Of a DNA stretch of 64,000 nt, positions 1 to 12,575 are shown one piece after another (positions within the stretch are counted from its first letter, which is position 1; every line of letters begins with the position of its first letter). The position numbers and the translations under genes were made by a program. The notes under the pieces were generated by a model. That model searched no databases, was not told the origin of the DNA, and saw nothing but the letters and a program-made list of their open reading frames with translations. Source of the DNA: Sphaeroforma arctica JP610 (lineage: Eukaryota); NCBI RefSeq assembly GCF_001186125.1, contig NW_014040481.1, positions 16,300 through 80,299 on the forward strand, read 5' to 3'.

Positions 1-166
1 TGCGTGTGTGTGTGTGTGCGTGTTTGTGTGTGTGATTATGTATATATTTATATATATATATATATATACGTATATATATTCATATATATGTATATATAGA
101 TATATCTATATATATATATATATATATAAATATAGTTATATATATATATGACATATATATCTATAT

Positions 167-240
<74 letters not shown>

Positions 241-252
241 AATATATATATA
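1..252. repeat. (TG)n/(TA)n microsatellite tract
   Basis: Direct reading: tgtgtg run followed by ~200 bp of imperfect (TA)n; the YIYI ORFs here are artefacts. Confidence 0.95.
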
Positions 253-2090
253 ACCATTTTGAGAAAATATTTTTATCCTTTTTTTCGTATACGGGGATTG
301 AACTTTCGTCATTCTGATATCTTAAATTTATTATTTTGATATACTAGAACTATTCAGCTTTGTAGTTTGTGCACATGAATACACCTCAGTGGAAGTGAAA
401 TGTAGCACGGGTTGATTCAGTACTTGAACAGTTCGAAAGGAATGTGCGAGCTCTATATAATATAGATATACATAGATACATAAATATCCTCCGATAGCAA
501 GTTAATGTAAATTGTTATCTTCTCTGTAGCCTTGTCGTTGAGAGACCACAGTTGATTCTCTCTCAAGTATACGAGTATTTGGCGATTGTGTGTCCGTAAA
601 TATGTATATACTTATACAAAAGATACGATCCTGGCCACAAGTAATGAATAATTGAAATGCCAACTAACACTACTGGGCAATTTAAAATCTCAAGAGCCGT
701 TCTTCGTTTCCAGAACTTTAATTTGTTGTCAATTCTTTGTAATTGTAATAACTATTGATACACATACAAACTTCTAAATAAGTTGTGATCGGTAGCCCGA
801 TGCAGGCTGTTCCATGAGTAGGACTCCGATGAGCGCAGTGCAGCAGTACTCAGCAAACTAAACAACTCTGTACATATGCTGCATCCTCTCGTACCACCTC
901 CATCTCAAGTCTATGTATGTATCATCATATACATATACATATAAAATATACATATATAAAATATACATATATAAAATATACCTATACGTATAATATATGC
1001 AATATATATAAATGCCTATAAACATAGATAACACATATCCACATATACATACGTCTGTGTGTACGTATAGATACGTGTCTACCCTGTCTGCCCACGGCAT
1101 TCCCGCAGAGCAATCGTCGCCCATGCATGACTTCCATCTCTGATCAGCCCGACCAGGCTCCATGCATGTGAACAGTACAAACCACTTTCTTTGTAGGGTA
1201 TATATATATATATATATATATAAACCCATGTACACCCAATGTATGCAGTATGTTGAGTATTGCCAGACACCAGCACCACCCCGACACCCGGGTGCGTGGC
1301 CCTTCGCCTCGCTAACGTATAGGAGTGTGCACATGATACACGTACTGTGCAGAACAGAAATAATCGACCCAGTCCTATCCACACACACACGCGCGCCCAC
1401 AAGCGTCAGTGCGTATGAAGCGGTGTTAGTGTAAATAGTCGTTATATATAACAATAAACGGCAAGCGAAAACGTACCGTGCGAAACAGTTACTCCTTCCA
1501 ACTGTAGCCCACCCGAATTTCGCCCTGATCTCCCCACCCACATCCAATCGCCACATGTTCTGGGCCCCAATGCCTATCAATAAGTCATGTAGCTTAGTCG
1601 ACGCACCAACAAGTATGCCTACAGACTCCCTCATTCAGCCCTGTGTTAGGCTGCCTCACTCTGAGCCCATCACACAGGAAGAGTGTGCGCGTCCGATGCA
1701 CACGTGTGTAAACCTTTGATTGACGTCTCAATCATATGTACCCCGTATGTAATCTTTGTCAATAAACCCCCAGGACGTGAGACGGGCAATGCAACCGTCT
1801 TCACGTGCCTGTACATAAACCACTGTGCCACCGAAGTGCCCTAGTTTCTACCGCGTAGTGTCTGCCAGATAAAAGTCCACGGAATGCCCCTCGTCACACC
1901 CCACAACGTTGTACTGGAACACCGGGCCGCCAGCGCATTATAAAAACCTGTACGAACAGCATGTATCGGACATGCACGTGTAACCATATATACAAGTGCA
2001 CACCCCATGAAACTACACACATGTGCACGTGGGACGGGGCCACCATCCGCTCCCGCCTCTCTAGTCGTCAACTCGTCACGCCTACCCCGC

Positions 2091-5000
2091 TCAGATGATG
2101 CGAGCGTCCGCCGAGTGCTTCTTGAGCATGTGGTTGGCCAGGGTCGAGTCCTTGAGATACTCCTTACCACAGCCGGCCACGGTGCAGACAAACTTGTGTT
2201 CGTCAATCTCCTCGCCACCCTCGCCTACTTGGCTGGTGTGCTTCTTGGAGTGACTCTTAAGGCGGGCGCTGGACGCGTACGTCTTGTCACAGTTGTCGTA
2301 CGTGCAGGTGTAGGGCCTGTCGCGCGCGTGCGTGATCATGTGGATCTTGCGCTCGTACCAGGTGGCAAATTTATCCTGGCACGGCCCAAAGGTACACATA
2401 AACGGCTTGGCGCCGCTGCCCTTGGAGTGGATCGGCAAATGCTCCGTCAGCAGCTGATTGCTGATGAACGTGCGCGAGCATCCGTCCCAGGTACACTTGT
2501 ACAACTCCAACCCGTGCACGCCCCTGAAATGCTGCTCCAGTTCAGACTCCAGCGCAAACCCGAGCCCACAGCCGGGCACGGTGCAGGTCACCATCTCCCC
2601 CGTGTGCGTGCGGAAGTGGGCCAGTAAGTTCGTAGACGAGCTGAACTTCTCCTGGCAGCCATCCCACGGGCAGAGATACTTGCCGCGTGACTTGCCTTTC
2701 TTGGGCGCGGGAGCCGGCGCCGGCGCCGCGGCCGCAAGCTGCTGCATGCCCATATTCGGGTTGTTGGGGATTAGTTTGATGCGGGAAACGGGGCCCACTT
2801 CCTTGCTGTGGTCGCCGATGATGGTGCCGCCAAAGGAGGCGTCGTGCATGCGCATGTGTTCGGCCAGAGAGTCCTGTGACTGGAAGCGTTGATCCGCACA
2901 GCCCTGCCAAGAGCACGTGAGCAGGCCCTTGTCCGTGTGCCAGCGCATGTGCACGTTGAGGTTGAAGCGACTTGAGAACTTGTCCTCACAGCCCTCGACC
3001 TGGCAGGGGAAGGTGCGCTCGCCCGAGTGTTTGCGCGTGTGCACGGTCAGCTCGCTCTTGGTCACAAAGCTTTTACCGCAGCCCTCCCACGTGCAGGGAT
3101 ACGGGTGGCTCTCGCCGGTATGTTCACGGTTGTGCGCCGTGAGACGCGACTTGTACCAGAACCGCTTGCCACAGCCCTCCCACGTGCAGGCCAGGGGCCC
3201 TTCGCTCGAGTGCTTCTGCAGATGGTACTTGAGCGCATACGCACTGCTGTACACCTTATGACACCCCCCCCACGTGCACGGGAACTGTCCCTTTGGTTTT
3301 AAGGCTTGGTCGATGGTGCCGTCGGCGCCGGTCAGCGTACCGTTGGCCTCGGCTGCAGCACGCTCGTGGGCGCGGGTGTGGTCGGTGAAATCGGTCTTGT
3401 ACCAGAACCGGCCGCCGCACCCGTCCTCGGGGCAAATAAGCGGCCCGGGGGTGTTGTGCTTCTCCACGTGGTACTTGAGCGCGTACGCATTGCCATACAC
3501 CTTGTTGCACCCCTCCCACACACAGGGATGCTCGACCCTATCCTTGCCCGAGGCGGCCTTGCCCCGGCCCCCCTTGCTGGTGACCATGGTCAAAGCCATG
3601 CCACCGTTCTTGCCGTTCTTCTTGCCCATGGACCCGTTGGCGTTGTTGTTGTTGTTGTTGCCGTTCTTGAGTTCGGACAGCACCAAGGCATTACTCCCCA
3701 GGGTTTGCGCGGCGTTGTTCTGCTGTGCGTGTGAGCGTGTGTGATTGGTGAGCTCATTTTTGTACCAGAATCGCATGTTACACCCGTCCCAAGAACATAC
3801 GAGGGGACCGGGCTGTTCGTGACGTTCCATATGATACTTGAGTAGATACATGTTACCGTATTCCTTCTTGCAACCCTCCCATGTACAAGGAAACTTTTGT
3901 GTATTTGCATTCGCGCTTGGTTGGTCTTTACCGTTCTTCCCGTTGGGGTCTGCCTGTGTACGCGTTTGTGCATGTGTGTATGTATATATATGTATACCAA
4001 TTTGAGTGCATCGTACTCGCTTCTAATATTGTGCATATCGAATAAACTAAGCCAATCTAACTCTACCACATTTCACACATCAGAGGTATCAATAATTCGC
4101 GTTCCACCCTGCAGTTCCTGAAAAAGAATTAATCATCAGGAACCTCGATTGTGTGGTTACTGGACACCTACACCTACACACATGACACTCAGGCGGATAC
4201 ACACACAACACAACAACTAATCAAACTTGCCTGGTCGGCATGCATAGCAAACTGATGGTCGGACAGGTCATTCTTATACCAGAACTTCTGCGTACACCCA
4301 TCAAACGGGCATGCCAGGGGACCCTCGGTGTTGTGCTTCTCTATGTGATACTTGAGAGCGTACGCATTCGCGTACTTGCGTTGACAACCCTCCACGGTGC
4401 ACGCAAAACTGGGCTTCTCTTTCTTGTCCTTGTTGCCCTTCTTCCCGGCATCATTCGGGTCCCAGGCAGCGGCAAGAGCCTCCTGCTGAGCCTTTCCTTT
4501 CTTCTGTTTCTTGGCCATCGCATCGGCGTTGGCGTTAACATCACCAATATTCATCTGCATACCCATATCCTGCATATTCATCGTACTGCCTCCGTGCGCA
4601 ATGCTTCTATCGAGCCCCATACCATTGCCTTCGTCATAAGCACCACCTCCCGTGTCAGACTGCTGGTTGTGTGCACGTTTGTTGGAATTCGCGCCCGGTT
4701 GTGGACTGATATCGCGTCCCCCATCCCCGCTCTCTCCGCCGTTCTCTTTGCTCCGTTTCCATGGGAACATGCTCTTCTGTGTTCCGGCATCGCCCGCAAT
4801 CAAATTCTGCACCTGTTGCAGCGAGTTCTGCTTAGCTCCTGATGGCTGGCTCCATCCCGTTGTGCGCTGTTGGTCATACGCTGGGTGTGAGTACCCCTGG
4901 TCATACGTTCCGTACCCTCCCTGACCCCCTACGAATCCTCCTTGACCTCCGGCAAAGTCTGCTTGGCTCCCAGTAAAGCCCGATCCACTCGCGAAATTGC

Positions 5001-5424
5001 CTCCGGCTCCTACGGAAAAGCCAGGATTGTTAGCACCACCGGCGAAGCTCTGCTTCCGCGACGACGAGAAGCCTGAGGGGTTAGCACCAAAGCCAGCCTG
5101 GTTGGAAGAAAACCCTGGAGAAAACCCTGATTGACCGCCGGTAAATCCTCCCGGCGAAAACCCTTGTGCGGCGGTGAATCCGCTCTGAGGCGCTGTGAAC
5201 TGGCCCTGTCCCCCACCGAACCCAGAGCCCCCGGCAAAATTTTGCCCTCCCGAGAAACCCTGGCCGGTACCATAGTTGCTCCCGTACCCTCCCGCTTTAC
5301 TGCTGCTGTAGTTGTTGCCACCGGAATAGCCAGACTCGCCAGGTAGTCGTCGGTCTAGACCATAGGCTGACGGTGCGGAGGGATTGGGGTGCATGCGCTT
5401 GGCGGGGCGCGGAGGTTGGCTTTC
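2091..5424 (-). CDS. Multi-exon C2H2 zinc-finger protein (17 CxxxxC...H...H fingers, Gly/Phe-rich N-terminal region); probable transcription factor, 5' end may lie further upstream
   Basis: Exons inferred from splice sites, all phase 0: 5424-4231 (acceptor TAG at 5425-5427; ATG at 5394; donor GCAAGT), 4117-4079 (ELQGGTRIIDTSD), 3953-2091 (ADPNGK...FPCTWEGCKKEYGNMYLLKYH...ARII*). Repeated CxWEGCxKxF/Y...HxxxH motifs with HTGE/HSGERTF linkers. Confidence 0.9.
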
Positions 5425-8400
5425 CTACATGTCATGTCGATTGGAATGTCAAGGGTTAGGGTTAGGAAGAGTATGGTGAGTCCGGAAAACGGAAGAACGA
5501 ACGAACCGATTTGTGCAAACGGTGTTTAGAATGCACATGTTCAGTGGAGGCGCACTGGTAGGTGAAGTACACGCCATGCGTGCCCTCTGAGAGAATCGAT
5601 TGGTGAAGCAGACGCAGTATTGGCAGCCTGTGAAGTGTTTTAAACAAAAATGCGGCCGTATGATAACTCCACAATCCGAAGCTGATAAACAGCTAATATC
5701 ATATATTCTTAGGATAGAGTATAATATACCGGTATTATTTGCGAAAACGAAGATTCATACTACAAGGTCGCGAAACTCATAGACAATGGAAGTACAAACT
5801 TGGCTACGAGAACTATAGAGATGATAACCTGAACTATTCAACAGTGAGAAATGGGTTACTAAACATTATGCACGCTCACTCCCATCGTGACGAATTCTGG
5901 CATTTCACTAAACGAGATGAATCTCTGGACATTCAATCAACCACACAACCACACATTCACATCAATACACAGTAGTATACGTTACGATGTTGTAAGACTA
6001 CTTCAAGCACGCATACAGGAACACCAGCTCCCATACCTGACACTCGCGTGAGCAATAAGGTCTCTTCCGCAACGGGCACATGATGGTAGCACTACGCCCG
6101 CAAAGGTCGCACAGTGGATTCTCCATAGTGAGACCGGTTGCTTGCTTATCACAAAGCTGGAGAAGCAAAAAGTTTAGAACAAGCCTTAGTCGTTCTTATG
6201 TTGTAACAGTACAGTTGGGTTGCAGATGCAGCCCTTCCGACTGTGAGCTTGAAGCCGATGCTGATGTGTCAGCCCGTCGTCGGATCAGATCTCCTGACTG
6301 ATCTACTTCACGCGGTAAAAGGATCCACATCAACAAGGCAATCTTCGATGTGCTGCAAGAAATCCACGGTTTAGGAGTGTGTCTCGTAAACAAACCACAA
6401 GACGCCGATATGTTAGCAACGGAGCGGCAGACGTAACCCTCGACCCTCGGCTTTTTTGAAACAACTTAGATGATGGTGCTTGACGGAGTTTTATCGAAAC
6501 AAAGTAAATATTCTGAAACGCATTTCGCTGTGAGAGCTACGTTTCAACAAAAAAAATACTGCTGAGCAAACGAAAAATTACGGAAAAATCGCACACATTT
6601 CGAGTATATTTCGGAAATTACAGTCAAAGTTGGGTCAAGGACGGCCCCGGTGTGTTTTTCTATCTCCTACTGTGAAATAATATTTAGTGGTGTGTCCGTT
6701 GGCTATTTTTTTTTAATTTTCACCGTCCGTTTTGATTTAAAAATAGATCTGGGACTCCGGAGTCGAGTGAGACCACCTACCACCGTTTATTTTTAGAAAT
6801 ACGACTATTTTTGGTACGGATATTGAGAATATACTAAAACCGGCACACATCCGACAGCTTTTTTTTGCAAATAGTTTACAACTTTTTCTATTTGAAACAA
6901 ATATTTATTTTAAAAATTATTAGGCAAGATCCCTCCAGCTCCTGGCCGTCCAGAGGCCTGTTTTGTTTTTTTTGCAACGAATCTCGGTATTTTTTTGAAA
7001 TCGAAATGTTGTTTTTCTCAACAAAATGTTGTTTTTTTGAAGGAATAAATAGTATATATTTATATAGTATGACTTTGTACACAATCGGCGTTGTGGTTTT
7101 TTTGTGGAAAATTTATGAGCAAACTATGTTTTTGGAAATCAACACCTGGTTTATATTGCCGGCTGCTGCTCTACTATAATCCACAAGTAAATATTTATCC
7201 ACCTCCATATTATTTATGTTTTTTTTACTATTTTTTTAGTTTATTTTGGCCAAGTTTCTCAACAAATGATGACACTTTGTGATAAACCACCATCATTTAT
7301 GTTTTTAAACCCACCCATAGCAACCTATGAGGCTGACTCACCAGACCAGTCCACCACCCAAAAAAAAAATCGTTAAAAAATTATATACAGTTTCCTTATC
7401 GAAATCATCACAGTTTCACTTTATTTATTTTATTCTTCTTGGAGCAATGAAACGACTGCAAACAGTGCAAACCACTGCAAAAAGTGAAAGCAAGCACTCT
7501 GTTCGCTCCTCACCATTTGACAAAAAAATATCAAGCACTCCTCCAGACTCCCCAGTCTTCGACATCCACGGATTTATTACCTATATATTTTATATATTAT
7601 TGTTATTTTTTTTGGATATAGTATCATATGTAGCCTTCTGAATATTGAACAATAGTATATATAAATCAATATATCGTTTTTTGAGCAAAAAAAATTAAAA
7701 TCCTCCGTGTACAACACGACAAAACATACTAAAATATACCTTACGCTACACTAACACTTCTACAGTCTATACAATACATAATTTATATTGCAGACTACTG
7801 TTTACCACACTAGAGAGTGGATATTGAGGTTGATACATTCTACATACTAAATTCAGTCTACGTTCCACACTACTTCTAGCAAATATATACTAATGGTCTA
7901 CGATTACACCCTATAACGATATCAATATGATTAATATATACTTTGTTTAATCTCCATCACATGATGTACAACCTAGTACTGAAAATATAGTCAAACAGAT
8001 GCGGAAATGGGCAATGAAAAAGTTGCTAAGTCACTGGAAAATGTTGCTATGTAGGTCACTTCTTACCACTTACATACCTAATAGAAACACTATAAGAAAC
8101 ACCAAAGTCACTGCACTACATATACACACACTGCTGCCACATGCCACATCCAAATAACAGCTTTATATCCTCACGCAGATACGACACAGATTGACAATCT
8201 TCCATCACACGTAACATTAGATCACACGTACCATTTCAGGACCTTAAATCCCAAACCTTTGCACCTCTAAATGAAGACACACCCAATCTCATACAATTCA
8301 GCTCCACAAGCCAGCCTGTCCCGCCAGCAAAAAGACCGTGGCCGAAGGCGCCCCCAATAGTAGCAGTGAGCCTGCCAGCTACTGCTCAAATGTAAGCAAC

Positions 8401-9105
8401 CCCGCAAAACCGAGCCGCATAAAACGCCCGACCGCATCAGATTATCACCCCTTACTGCAGCCGCCAGTACCCACACACATTTTGACGAAAGTGATGGGCC
8501 GCCCGAGGCCCGACAAACCTCTTCACGAAATGGATGACATAACTCCGGTATGACTCTTCTTTCGGGCAATTTTCATTAACGGCAAGCCCTCACCCAATCA
8601 GTATTTGAAAATTACTAACACGCCCAATCGCTCTTCAATCGCTATCACTTCCTTTGGTATCTCCCGTCTAAACCGATGTAATATCCGAGCCTCCTAATAA
8701 GACTCTATGTTATAAACGTACTCATAAGCAGTACGTAATCTATAAACGTACTCTTAATAGTACGAGAAACTTAAGTTTCCTAAATGGTTTTCAACGGGTT
8801 TTTTTTAATACCTTTTCCATTTTACATATCAGATATCTGGACAAGGCCATTAAACAGATGTGCCAGTCTGATAAAGGCTACGTCGGTAATTCTTGATAAG
8901 TGGCAAGTTATTGATTAATGCAATTACTATGGACATCAGGAGAATTTTCTTCTGTCAGAGGCTATGATCGTATGGAAATCGGTGAGGCTTACACCCTCAT
9001 AACATCGATCCTCATTTACCATCTAACCCTGGTAATCACAATTTTGGTAATCGTTATACCGGTACCTCACTAGAGGGTACCCACTCTAGCTCTGAAGACG
9101 AGGAA

Positions 9106-10300
9106 GTGAGAACCAGACAACATCTTCTCAGGCTATTACGTTCTGATATGCAAGTCCTTGAGGACCGTCTATTGAATGACTATGACCTTCACGATAAGAA
9201 AGTAGATAACATTCGCTATCTAATCAATAACAAGAGAAAGGTGATAGACTCCATCTTGGCACTAGCGGCCTGTAGCACTGAGCGTGAGCCTCGTAAACGC
9301 TTCGAATCAAGTATTATAAAGCAGCTAGGTAACGCGAAGGCTGAGGTTGATTTCTCTACTAATGAGAGTACAGTGGATACACTGAAGGCCTTTGACCAAC
9401 TTAAGGAGTCTGCCAGCCTTAAGGATAAGCAGATGATGAATGCCTTTGTTCATTTCTGTGAGTCAGAGGAATGGAAAACTATCTTGAAGGCCCATGAGCC
9501 CAAATGGAGAGCCCTACCCTGGCGCCAGTTGCGCAAGAATATACTTAACGCCTTCTTTGAAGATGCGTATGACCGTGAACTTCTAGAGTCTCGCAAGTCC
9601 TTTGCAAACGATACTACTATTCGAGGTGCTCTAGCTCAAATGACACATATGAACACTCGGATGGGAGGTCGTACCTATACTGGCGAATATTTATTAATTT
9701 GTCAGATGATGGAGACTCTGGGGGCTAGCCTTTTTAAGAAGGTCAATGAGGATATTATCGCCTATGGTGATTTGCGATCTACGCCTTAGTCTGTCTTTGA
9801 GAAGATAGTTCAAAAGTATACTAACCCATCTACTAGAGTACTTAGTACCTCGAGCTTAGAGAATAACACTGCGCGTAATACGAAGAAACCTCGCACTACT
9901 GCTGGAGGTGGTAAAGGCTCTACTTCTACAGAACCAAAGGGTGAAAGGAAGGAGAGAGCACCTTGCAAGAAGTGTGGTTACAGCCTCACTAAACGTGATG
10001 GCAAGTGGAATGGTAAACACGACTCTGTTAAGTGTGCACCAGGCAATCCAGACTTTGGACACCGTAAGTATGGCCACGCATCTACAAATCACGGACACCC
10101 ATCAATCTTTCCTGAACCACTACAGCGACTATGAGAGCCATACCATATGTTCATACATTGTATCATACATAGTTGCCATTTTTGAAATAAATAATATTAT
10201 CCCTATATGAAAGGTGTACTACTTGCAAGGGTACTAACGGTTGGCACAAAGATGATTGCAAGGACATACCGGACGTACAAGTTAAGCACTGACAGTTACA
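9106..10300 (+). pseudogene. Gypsy gag (helical region plus two atypical CCHC knuckles), disrupted
   Basis: 227-aa ORF continues past a TAG at 9787 into CKKCGYSLTKRDGKWNGKHDSVKC (~9964-10035) and, after a LINE-derived insert, CTTCKGTNGWHKDDC (~10215-10260). It lies directly upstream of the protease/RT region. Confidence 0.7.
10098..10206 (+). mobile_element. ~110-bp LINE 3'-end fragment inserted in gag
   Basis: Near-identical to the reverse complement of 54785-54893 (cccatcaatctttcctgaaccactacagcg...aatattatccctat). Removing it restores the gag frame (GGA CAT GAA AGG TGT). Confidence 0.85.
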
Positions 10301-10339
10301 TTTATGAGAAAAAAATTAATAAAATCTATACCAAAGGAG

Positions 10340-12135
10340 ATGAACGTATATTTCAAACCGTTTATGTAAATGGAGAAATGTTATAGCACTTTTTTATCCA
10401 GGGGCTGAAGTCTCTGCTATCTCACGCCGAGTAGCCTACGCTACAGATATGGTTATCTAAAACAAAACAACCAATTTAATCTTGGGAAATGGCAAAGTTA
10501 CCACTTGCGAAGAAGCCATTGACTATGCACACATAATGTTGTCAGATAGAAGAGAAGTAAAGACTCACCTAATCGTTACTGACATGTCTCAGAAATACGA
10601 TTTAATTATAGGTATGACTGATCTTCTCAGTTTAGGCATAACTCTCACTGGTTTGCCTTATGTGCTAGACCCAAATAAAGATCAGTCAGATGGTAACATG
10701 TTTAAGATACCTAAACCTCCGGAAGGTGAAGCAAAGGATATGATTCCGCACTTTACCTATATAATTATGGACTTAATTATACAAAATAGGAAGATTGCAA
10801 TAACTGACTGGTGTATGTTTAATTTCTCTAACGGGTACGTTAAGCTTGACTTAACAAACGTCGAATTCTCTAAGTTAAAGTGTCCTTCACATAACTACGT
10901 GAGTTGGAGACACAAAGACGTTGTCAAAACTCAAACTGAAGATTGATTAAAACAGGATCTAATTGAAATCAATTATGATGCAACCCCAGTTAGCTTAGCT
11001 CTCTTAGCGGTCGATCAATATAAATCTGATGGGCCGTTTAGTAAAACAAGAGTAGTACTAGACCTGTTGCCAATCAACAAACTAATTCCGCAACATAGTT
11101 TTCCCTTACCAAAGATAAGCGAGATACTACGCAAAATGAAAGGTACGACTATCTTTTCCAAGGTAGACTTAAAAGTTACATTCCATCAATTACAAATAAA
11201 AAATACTTTTCCTTTACTTGGCAAGGTAAGAAGTATCAGTTTAAAGGTGCACCTGAAAGCTTTCACATGTTACATTCTTTCTTCCAACAAGTTATGATGG
11301 AACTATTTGCGGACCTGTCGGATAACGTATCAGTATATTTAGATGATATAGTTACCTTTACAGAGACAGCACATGAACATGCTAGACTCGTTAAGGAAGT
11401 CTTAAAACGACTAAACCATGCCAAACTTAAGATTAACGAGGATAAGTGTTCTTTTGCTAAAGATACTATACACTTACTTGTTTACAAGGTATCTGCAGCA
11501 GGGGTAGAAATTGATCCTGACAAGAAACAATTTCTGTTGGATTTATCAACACCGATCACTGGAAGAGATGCAAACTCTGTGTGTGGGTTTGTTAACTTCT
11601 TCTCGGATTCGGTACCTCATCTTTCTCATTACTTAAAGCCTTTCAGTCACCTACGGCTACACAATGGACCTTTGGGAAATCTTTGGACTAAAGAATGTGA
11701 TGATGCATTTAAGCTAGTCAAAAGTAAAATAATGGACGCACCCATTATGCAATATCCTGTGGATGGCGTCCCATTCCAAGTAGCGACCGATGCTTCAGAT
11801 CGAGCGGTAGGTGGAGTGCTTTACCAAACGATAAATGGTAAACCGCACTACATACATTTATTTAGCAAGAGTTATAATTAGAGTCAACGGAATTACCCTA
11901 CCGTTAAACAAGAGCTCCTTGCTATAGATACTGCGCTAAGACAGTTTAAAGACTACCTTTATGGAAATTACTTCACTGTCGCCTGTGATCAAAGGTCTTT
12001 AACATATTTAAAGGACATGATCCCTGATTCACAGTTGGTGAGCCGCTGGCATGACATTATTGCTAAGTTCACCTCTAACATTACATACATACCAGGAATA
12101 CATAACCATCTTCCTGACATGCTCTCTCGACTTGT
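10340..12135 (+). pseudogene. Gypsy pol: aspartic protease (degenerate), reverse transcriptase, RNase H
   Basis: TVYVNG...xPGAEVSAIS and YDLIIGM (protease); TRVVLD..PINK..FPLPKI, FSKVDL, YLDD (RT); TDAS, E-LLAI, D-MLSR (RNase H). Confidence 0.9.
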
Positions 12136-12172
12136 CCCTGGCTACCAGAAAACAGTTAAAGAGTTATTAGCA

Positions 12173-12575
12173 ACCGATTGGATGCTTGATAAGAAATTGT
12201 TTAACCTCGCTCAATCAAGATGGGTCCATTTACTATTGATATGTTCGCCGCAGAACATAACAAACAGGTTTCTGATTATAGGTCGTTGACTCATCCTAAA
12301 GGTGATGCCTTTCAACTTGACATATCAAAGCATAATGCGTGGGCTAACCCACCTTGGCAACTTATCGCACAGTTGTTAAATTATGTTAATATTACTAAAT
12401 CTACCATTACGCTGTGTTGTCCCTTACGTAGCTCCGACCCATGAATACGTGCTTTAATTAATATGATACAAGATGAGTCTATCTATGTCGACCATGAAAC
12501 CGACACGTTCCTGTATCAGGGATCATATTCTATTAAGAAGACACCTTGGAAACACACCATTGTTTGTCGCATCGG
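12173..12575 (+). pseudogene. Dam-like N6-adenine DNA methyltransferase domain (DIRS-type MT) inside Gypsy pol
   Basis: Reconstructed across one -1 shift (~12222) and one TGA (12442): TDWMLDKKLFNLAQSRW/GPFTIDMFAAEHNKQVSDYRSLTHPKGDAFQLDISKHNAWANPPWQLIAQLLNYVNITKSTITLCCPLRSSDP*IRAL...PWKHTIVCRI. It has a SAM-binding-type IDxFA (12235-12249), DAF and catalytic NPPW (12346-12357). Confidence 0.85.

Noticed and set aside
48..1634. ORFs rich in [10 protein letters not shown] (also 44958-45365, 50222-51447, 51928-52173, 61038-61277)
   Set aside because: Translations of (TA)n/(TG)n microsatellites in introns and intergenic DNA; no protein-like features.
2007..5346. Many plus-strand and alternate-frame ORFs overlapping the zinc-finger gene (likewise within 40613-46881)
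   Set aside because: Shadow ORFs of GC-rich coding sequence, with no motifs.
8600..8900. 5' LTR of the first Gypsy element
   Set aside because: No sequence matching 14605-14980 could be found upstream of gag; only a short local duplication (tataaacgtactc x2).
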